This document shows, in pieces, positions 58,161 to 64,000 of a stretch of DNA of 64,000 bases; within the stretch, counting starts at the first letter, position 1; the number at the start of each line of letters is the position of its first letter. The notes below the pieces were generated by a model. It did no database searches and was not told the origin of the DNA. It worked only from the letters and a program-made list of their open reading frames with translations. The stretch comes from a virus, in the IMG/VR virus record IMGVR_UViG_3300028394_000045, positions 64,001 through 128,000 of that record. The stretch is one strand, 5' to 3'. The translations under genes were made by a program, and so were the position numbers.

Positions 58161-59451
58161 ACCAGCAACCATGTGCCTTGCACCTTGGGTGCATACATAT
58201 CTTTCTCCACAGACTGAACGACGTATGTGCTGTGCGTCAAGAGAACCTGCGCAGAACTTTCGACAATACATCGATACTGAATCAGGTACCGGAACCTACA
58301 TTCCTATAACATTAAAGCAGCATTGGAACAGCGATCACATGCGATCAGTTCGTCGTCGCATGATGGCCGGAGAACGCTTGCCTGAATGCGAAGTGTGCAA
58401 TGATCAACTGCTGAATACAGATGTATATCGCACATACTTTGACCAGCTGTTTCAACATAAATACCTGGCAATTTTAGAACAAACAGATGCGGATGGCAGA
58501 ACCACCATGCAGCCGGTTAGTTGGGATTACAGATTCAGTAATCTCTGCAATTTCAAATGTAGAACTTGCGGAGACATGTTGAGCAGTAGTTGGGAATCAG
58601 AGCAAAAGACACACCACATGGTCAATTGGTCCAATCCCAAAAACAACTGGATGCGTCCTGAGGTAAGACAACAGATCTCTCAGTTTCAAGACAGCCAAAT
58701 TGAACAAGAGTTTTCGGATGCTGTGGAGCAGCACAGAGTAGAAGAAGTGTATTGGGTAGGTGGAGAGCCGTTGATGTATGAACAGCACTGGCGCTACATG
58801 CAACGCATACTAGAACTAGGAGACGGGCCAAGAGTATATGCTAGATATAATACAAATTTATCCAGGGTGGAGTATCGTGGCATCAATCTCTATCGTGATA
58901 TTTTGCCTGGGCTACGCGATTGGCAGATATGTGCAAGTCTCGACGGCACAGGCTCAGTTGGAGAATACATTAGAACAGGCCTTGACTATGATCGATGGGT
59001 TGACAACTTCAGTCAAGCAGTTGCGATCCAACGTCACCCACGTCAGGTCAGAATTGACTTTACGCTTACTCTGCCCGGAATGTTCGAAGTTGGCCCAATT
59101 ACAAAACTTGCTAGACAACTTGAAGTAGATATACTGGCCAAAGTTATCTTTAGTTTCTCTCCAGAAATCATCATGAGCCCACTGGCGCTGCCTAGACACT
59201 TGTTGGAACCTTGGTTGGATGAACTGATAGCGGATACCACAGGTGCCATGCGAGATGTGCTAGCACAATTGAAGAACCGTCCCACATTTGAAGAACAATG
59301 GCCCGACACTTATCAGCAAAGTCTTGCTCAAGGCCGTGATCGTGTGCTACAGTTAGAGCAGATAAGAACACAATCTGTGACCATGACTGATATCCTATCA
59401 GCCAGGCCAGCAGTATTAGAATGGTGGATGAACATTGACAAACTCAATTGA
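58153..59451 (+). CDS. Radical SAM protein with N-terminal twitch-like domain
   Basis: CLAPW...MCC...CEVC; CNFKCRTC; GGEP; SLDG. Confidence 0.88.
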   Translation: MHKPATMCLAPWVHTYLSPQTERRMCCASREPAQNFRQYIDTESGTGTYIPITLKQHWNSDHMRSVRRRMMAGERLPECEVCNDQLLNTDVYRTYFDQLFQHKYLAILEQTDADGRTTMQPVSWDYRFSNLCNFKCRTCGDMLSSSWESEQKTHHMVNWSNPKNNWMRPEVRQQISQFQDSQIEQEFSDAVEQHRVEEVYWVGGEPLMYEQHWRYMQRILELGDGPRVYARYNTNLSRVEYRGINLYRDILPGLRDWQICASLDGTGSVGEYIRTGLDYDRWVDNFSQAVAIQRHPRQVRIDFTLTLPGMFEVGPITKLARQLEVDILAKVIFSFSPEIIMSPLALPRHLLEPWLDELIADTTGAMRDVLAQLKNRPTFEEQWPDTYQQSLAQGRDRVLQLEQIRTQSVTMTDILSARPAVLEWWMNIDKLN

Positions 59452-60472
59452 AATAGATCTTCGAAGCAAAAACAATCAGATTCTGACTTTGCACATTGAT
59501 GTAGAGAACAGCAGCCTTTCGCAAAAATGGTTATCTGCGTTGGATCATTTGATCCAAAACAATTATCATCTAGAAAAAAACTACTGTTGGCTAGGATGGG
59601 CCGAAGGCGATCGAACATTGGAATATGTTTGTGAGCAGATCAATCGAAGCATCAGAGCTATCAATTCTGCAAAATTAGGATACGTGATCCAGGATGTTTT
59701 CACACCGGAAAACACTGTGACAGATGATCTAGGAGTCTGCCAAGACCACATGAATCAATTGCATAGATACTTCGAGGATCTTCAAGGTACCTCGGGCGCA
59801 ATGAGTCCTTACTATACCCACGCGGATGATACCACGCGATGGCATATACGACAGTTAAATCTGCTGTGTCACGAACATGAAAGTCTGGTGTTGAGTATTC
59901 GCAAATTAAAAACAGCACCTGAGTGGCGTAGGCCTTCGCAACTGATGTGCTGGTTGCAAGCGCCAAGATTTGTATTAGATACCAAAGATTATGAATTGTT
60001 TGGCATTGAAACTATCAATAGATCATTGGGCGGCGTATATGTGGGTGTAAATAAAGCAGTGGGCAAAAATCATTGGGAAGTATTCCATGATGAAGGGCGC
60101 GACAGCCGAGTAGGCGAATTAGTTACCAGTGCATTACGGCCGCAGACTGAAGCAGCAGGGGATTTTGACATCGAATGGGCCAACGACCCTGGGTCATACC
60201 ATTGGCAGATCAAGGCGCTGGCTGAGTTCAGAACATGGCTTGTACAAAACGGATTTGACCCTGACGATAAATCATTGACAATTGGGCATCCAAAAGTAGC
60301 TCAAGTAGATTTGATTCGCAGTTTTGGTACAGTCGATCCAGATGAAATATGGCAACAATTAGCAGCTCATCAGGATGTGTATAAAATAAGGACCAGTTGT
60401 ACTCAAGCTACATATGAGTATCGGTGGAGCGATGATGATTACGAATTGCAACAAATAAGGAGTATGCGATGA
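59435..60472 (+). CDS. Hypothetical protein
   Basis: Long coupled ORF; NQLHRYFE, LNLLCHEHE, VGKNHWE motifs. Confidence 0.55.
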   Translation: MTNSIEIDLRSKNNQILTLHIDVENSSLSQKWLSALDHLIQNNYHLEKNYCWLGWAEGDRTLEYVCEQINRSIRAINSAKLGYVIQDVFTPENTVTDDLGVCQDHMNQLHRYFEDLQGTSGAMSPYYTHADDTTRWHIRQLNLLCHEHESLVLSIRKLKTAPEWRRPSQLMCWLQAPRFVLDTKDYELFGIETINRSLGGVYVGVNKAVGKNHWEVFHDEGRDSRVGELVTSALRPQTEAAGDFDIEWANDPGSYHWQIKALAEFRTWLVQNGFDPDDKSLTIGHPKVAQVDLIRSFGTVDPDEIWQQLAAHQDVYKIRTSCTQATYEYRWSDDDYELQQIRSMR

Positions 60473-60570
60473 ATTGGATTAAAAACATATGGAGCAGGAT
60501 CATGCTAGAGATCCGCTATCGCAAAAAACTGCGAGAACTGCGCAAGCGAGACCCGTTTATCTACAAATGA
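60469..60570 (+). CDS. 33-aa basic peptide ending PFIYK (not in the ORF track)
   Basis: MNWIKNIWSRIMLEIRYRKKLRELRKRDPFIYK; ATGA-coupled on both sides. Confidence 0.7.
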   Translation: MNWIKNIWSRIMLEIRYRKKLRELRKRDPFIYK

Positions 60571-62048
60571 ACTATGTGGGTATATCAGCCGGATTCCATG
60601 ACGCTGCGGTCAGTGTGATCAATCAGGCTGGCGATATACTATTTGCTGCTCACAGCGAACGCTACAGCAAGAAAAAACACGATCAAAATCTCTGCGCAGA
60701 TGTGTTGATAGATGCATTGTCTCACGTAAAATTTCCTGAGATTGAATATCACTATTATGAACGTCCGTGGCTCAAGGCCATGCGTCAATTCTACAGCGGA
60801 GAAGGATTTCGCTGGCCCACATGGAATCGACTGCTGGGACCTACATATGATTTCTTAGGACGTCCTCGAATCAACACACATGATCATCATCTGTGCCATG
60901 CAGCAGCAGGATTCCAGACCAGCGGATTTGACGAAGCAACTGTGATCATAATAGATGCCATTGGTGAGTTCGATACCATAACCATATGGGATGCAGCATA
61001 TGATAACGACACCGGTCGTGCTGAGTATAAAAAATTATGGAGTCAGCGTTACCCACATTCAATTGGGTTGATGTATTCGGCTATTACTGCTCGGGTGGGA
61101 CTGCGACCATTGGATGAAGAGTACATACTCATGGGCATGGCAGCCTACGGCGAACCCAAGTATCTAAGAGAAATGCAGCAGGCATTTTTGAACCCTAGAG
61201 AAAAATTACAATTTACTCAGAATCTTCATGTGGGAGTAGGTGATGATTTCTTGCCCCATGCTGATCCAATGGACATTGCCTGTAGCGCACAGCTGGTGGC
61301 AGAGCAGTTGATCCGCAATGTACTGGGTCGTGCCAGAGGTGTGGGTCGCAGTAGGAATCTAGTGTATGGTGGTGGTGTGGCCTTGAACTGTGTGGCCAAT
61401 CGAATGCTAGGAGATTACTATGAACGCATATGGATCATGCCGAATCCTGGTGATGCTGGCAACAGTCTTGGGTCTGCTTGCCTAGGATACGGAAAAAAAG
61501 TCACCTGGAATAATAGTTTCCTGGGCCATGATATTCCCGGCAGTTATCCTGTCAATGCCGTATTGGATCATCTCCTCACAGACAAGATAGTAGGTGTGGC
61601 ATCAGGCCGAGCAGAGTTTGGACCACGAGCACTGGGCAATCGCAGTCTTCTTGCAGATCCCAGGGGATATTCGATCAAGAACCGTGTGAATGAAATCAAA
61701 CGCAGACAAAAGTTTCGACCATTTGCACCTGTGATCTTAGAAGAGTTTGCGAATGATTACTTTGAAATGCCTTATGGATTTAAGACCAGTCGTTACATGC
61801 AAACCATAGCTGCATGCAAGAACCCAGATCGGTTTCCAGCCATAGTGCATGTGGATGGCACCAGCAGAGTGCAAACTGTTCCCAAGGACGGATCGGGCAT
61901 ACGTGAGCTGCTGGAAAAATGGTATTTCATGACCAAGTGCCCTATGCTGCTTAACACCAGTTTGAACATACGTGGTGAGCCCATGGTGAACGATCGCGCA
62001 GATGCCGATAGATTTCAACGCCTGTACGGCGTCAAGGTGTGCAGTTAG
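60567..62048 (+). CDS. Carbamoyltransferase (NodU/CmcH/TobZ family)
   Basis: GFHDAA, ERYSKKK, HHLCHAA, DAIGE, MGMAAYG, GGVALNC, GRAEFGPRALGNRS, FRPFAP, HVDGTSRVQTV, LNTSLN; true start likely 60567. Confidence 0.93.
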   Translation: MNYVGISAGFHDAAVSVINQAGDILFAAHSERYSKKKHDQNLCADVLIDALSHVKFPEIEYHYYERPWLKAMRQFYSGEGFRWPTWNRLLGPTYDFLGRPRINTHDHHLCHAAAGFQTSGFDEATVIIIDAIGEFDTITIWDAAYDNDTGRAEYKKLWSQRYPHSIGLMYSAITARVGLRPLDEEYILMGMAAYGEPKYLREMQQAFLNPREKLQFTQNLHVGVGDDFLPHADPMDIACSAQLVAEQLIRNVLGRARGVGRSRNLVYGGGVALNCVANRMLGDYYERIWIMPNPGDAGNSLGSACLGYGKKVTWNNSFLGHDIPGSYPVNAVLDHLLTDKIVGVASGRAEFGPRALGNRSLLADPRGYSIKNRVNEIKRRQKFRPFAPVILEEFANDYFEMPYGFKTSRYMQTIAACKNPDRFPAIVHVDGTSRVQTVPKDGSGIRELLEKWYFMTKCPMLLNTSLNIRGEPMVNDRADADRFQRLYGVKVCS

Positions 62049-63082
62049 AGATAGGTCTCTAATCCACCACGACGACGTATATCTTGTGTGCAGCAACTGA
62101 TGCCACCATCCCAGAAGTAACTGTGTCTTAGTTCACTAATGATAGATTCTATCTTATGCTTGCGACAGTAGTCAAAAACTTCCTTGTTATAAGCACTGAA
62201 TATCACGTGACTTTCATCTAGCACAAGACAATTAACATCAAACACAGTCTCGGCAACAAATCCTGTCCATTTGGTTAGATAGGTATTTACAAATTCAGTA
62301 AATTCGGGAGTAGGTGTTTGACCTTGTACATACCAGGCACCTGGTGATTGTTCGTATTTGAACTTGCCAACCTCCATTGCAGCCCAGATCGAGCTATCCC
62401 AGATCTTGCACACATCCCATCCAGGAAAGTCTGCGGCCAAGTTTAAGTTCACATCGTGCTTGCTGCTCAACAACACCCCGGGCTTGAGTATGGCAAACAC
62501 AGCATCACCATGTCCGTCTGTTATGGCTTCGTGTATGCGATACTCTGGTCCTAACACATTATCCACTATCCAGCGAGACTGATCAGGACGCAAGAAATCA
62601 CTGTTGTCAAAGAACACATCTCTCCCCACACGAACAATGCACGATGCCGATGCTTGATTGAGTATACAGTCCGCATCCCAATTTCTGCCATGTGGATTGA
62701 TCACTCCACCCGGTTGTGCAGCTTCATACTCTTTACATAGACTATCCAGTTCTTGTATTGGCAGCACACGCAGCAACTTGTCGCCCAGTGTGATCTGCCA
62801 GTCTCGTGGAGTAAGTGGAGGCAAGGGAGCGCCGCCGCCGGCAATCTGATGTTGTATGAAATTGCGTTTATTTGGAAGATCGGGTCTACGCACACGCGCA
62901 CCAAATTGCTCAATAGTCTTCTGTAATGCAGATAGATCTTCTTCAGTCTCTACCAGTATCTGTTGCAGTTGATTGCGAACCTGAGCGTTTTCAATAAAAT
63001 CAAAGTAGTCTGGTGTGTAAGCGCGGCCCACGATCACTTCTTCAAGTGGTTGCCAGCTGGTGTAGGAATTAATAGTGTTCAT
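62045..63082 (-). CDS. Amidinotransferase (glycine/inosamine-phosphate amidinotransferase family)
   Basis: NSYTSWQPLEEVIVGR, PRD, GHGD, and terminal GGISCCT with the catalytic Cys. Confidence 0.85.
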   Translation of the reverse strand: MNTINSYTSWQPLEEVIVGRAYTPDYFDFIENAQVRNQLQQILVETEEDLSALQKTIEQFGARVRRPDLPNKRNFIQHQIAGGGAPLPPLTPRDWQITLGDKLLRVLPIQELDSLCKEYEAAQPGGVINPHGRNWDADCILNQASASCIVRVGRDVFFDNSDFLRPDQSRWIVDNVLGPEYRIHEAITDGHGDAVFAILKPGVLLSSKHDVNLNLAADFPGWDVCKIWDSSIWAAMEVGKFKYEQSPGAWYVQGQTPTPEFTEFVNTYLTKWTGFVAETVFDVNCLVLDESHVIFSAYNKEVFDYCRKHKIESIISELRHSYFWDGGISCCTQDIRRRGGLETYL

Positions 63083-64000
63083 ATAGTTTGGTTAGTAGAG
63101 TATTTAATCTGTCGGTTTTGTTGGCACAAAATAACTGTTGGTTGTGTTCGACATCGCCACGACATTGGCGGAATAGATCCGGCAAATGTGCTTGAGCACA
63201 TTTGATTGCTCGTGCCAATATCTCCCACCGTTGAGTGTGATCAGTTTCTTGATCGTATCTGTTGTCTAAAACTGAATCAAATACCCGGTAGCCCAGGTCA
63301 CGCAACAATTGTAGGCTTCCGGCTGCCCCTGCAATGAAAAACATCTGCCCGTTCTTGATTGGTTTGAATGTTTTTTCAGTTAGGAATGTGCCGCCACTCT
63401 GATCAGCATCAAAATGTGTTTCCATCACGATGTTGCAATAGCTATCCGTGTGATACTTGGATTCCGTCATGCTGTGATTGTTGCGCTCATTGTTGGTCAG
63501 TGTATCACTGAAATACGGTGCTAATTTTAAAAATTCATCCACGTTGGTCCGCAGACCTGTGATGCTGTCAATTTCGATAGGACACTCATCATCTCGGAAT
63601 TCACCGGACTCGCAATAACTCCAATACGAACTATCCAACACACCCAGCTGTTTTAGATCAGCCATGCCAGCAGCTCGCCAAGATTTATGCAATCTATTCA
63701 ACACAGTAAATTCATGTTGTCTTGTTTCTGTGTTTATAGGTGCAGCTGGTACATTGTAATTGCGTTGATAGTACCACAATTCAAAATCAGTAAAATAAAC
63801 AAATCCTGGAAGAGCCTCGGCAGCAGTATTAGCACTGATGAATCTATAACAGTTGGGTGGCATCAAGTGATCTTCGGCCAGCTGATCTAATCGTTGTTTG
63901 ATGCGAGCAGGGTTATCACCTTCGTGATAGCAGAACAGAACTTGTAATTGTTCCTGCCGCAGTTTTTTACGGACATCTGGCGACATCAAACTAAAGTAGT
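63069..64000 (-). CDS. 'TEK'-motif putative GT-B glycosyltransferase (5' end probably outside the window)
   Basis: FTVLNR, NIVMET, FLTEKTFKP, LRDLGYRVF...YD. Confidence 0.5.
   Translation of the reverse strand, partial: YFSLMSPDVRKKLRQEQLQVLFCYHEGDNPARIKQRLDQLAEDHLMPPNCYRFISANTAAEALPGFVYFTDFELWYYQRNYNVPAAPINTETRQHEFTVLNRLHKSWRAAGMADLKQLGVLDSSYWSYCESGEFRDDECPIEIDSITGLRTNVDEFLKLAPYFSDTLTNNERNNHSMTESKYHTDSYCNIVMETHFDADQSGGTFLTEKTFKPIKNGQMFFIAGAAGSLQLLRDLGYRVFDSVLDNRYDQETDHTQRWEILARAIKCAQAHLPDLFRQCRGDVEHNQQLFCANKTDRLNTLLTKLYEHY

Noticed and set aside
49389-60566. Track start sites at 49389, 51750, 52735 and 60489 (also 7775, 13888, 14754)
   Set aside because: They create long overlaps. Downstream ATGs (49497, 51801, 52897, 60567, 7628, 13816, 14721) give typical short overlaps or an RBS.
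60567-63082. Saxitoxin or true aminoglycoside antibiotic cluster
   Set aside because: Only shared enzyme classes are present; no SxtA-like PKS, cyclitol synthase or resistance/export genes in the window.
1-64000. Stop-codon reassignment as in some jumbo phages
   Set aside because: Long genes are intact in code 11, and TAG, TGA and TAA all end genes at sensible, coupled boundaries.
1-64000. CRISPR array, diversity-generating retroelement, integrase or transposase
   Set aside because: No regularly spaced repeats, reverse transcriptase, recombinase or near-identical TR/VR pair was seen by eye.

Overview
A 64 kb fragment of a large T4-superfamily (myovirus, probably jumbo) phage genome in standard genetic code. 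It has three interleaved parts. (1) Tail/baseplate morphogenesis: a partial tape-measure-like gene (1-910, minus, missing from the ORF track), a gp26/gp51-like chaperone pair joined by a probable -1 frameshift, gp48/54-, gp53-, hub-, gp5/VgrG-, gp25- and gp6-like genes, a 5046-aa wedge/adhesin protein and tail fibres. (2) Core T4-like genes: gp55 late sigma factor, gp47/gp46 (Mre11/Rad50) and a small GIY-YIG nuclease. (3) A dense set of modification enzymes: 7 radical SAM proteins, 3 GT-A-like and 4 'TEK'-motif putative glycosyltransferases, 2 PLP enzymes, 2 sulfotransferase-like proteins, a 2OG-Fe(II)/cupin oxygenase, a carbamoyltransferase, an amidinotransferase and an ATE/Bpt-like transferase. 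The strongest unexplained signals are a ~390 nt highly structured non-coding element directly downstream of the GIY-YIG gene (candidate nuclease-associated ncRNA or origin), the frameshift cassette at 1772-1845, and the enzyme arsenal itself. No tRNA, rRNA, CRISPR array, integrase or reverse transcriptase was seen. All family calls come from motif recognition by eye, not database searches.
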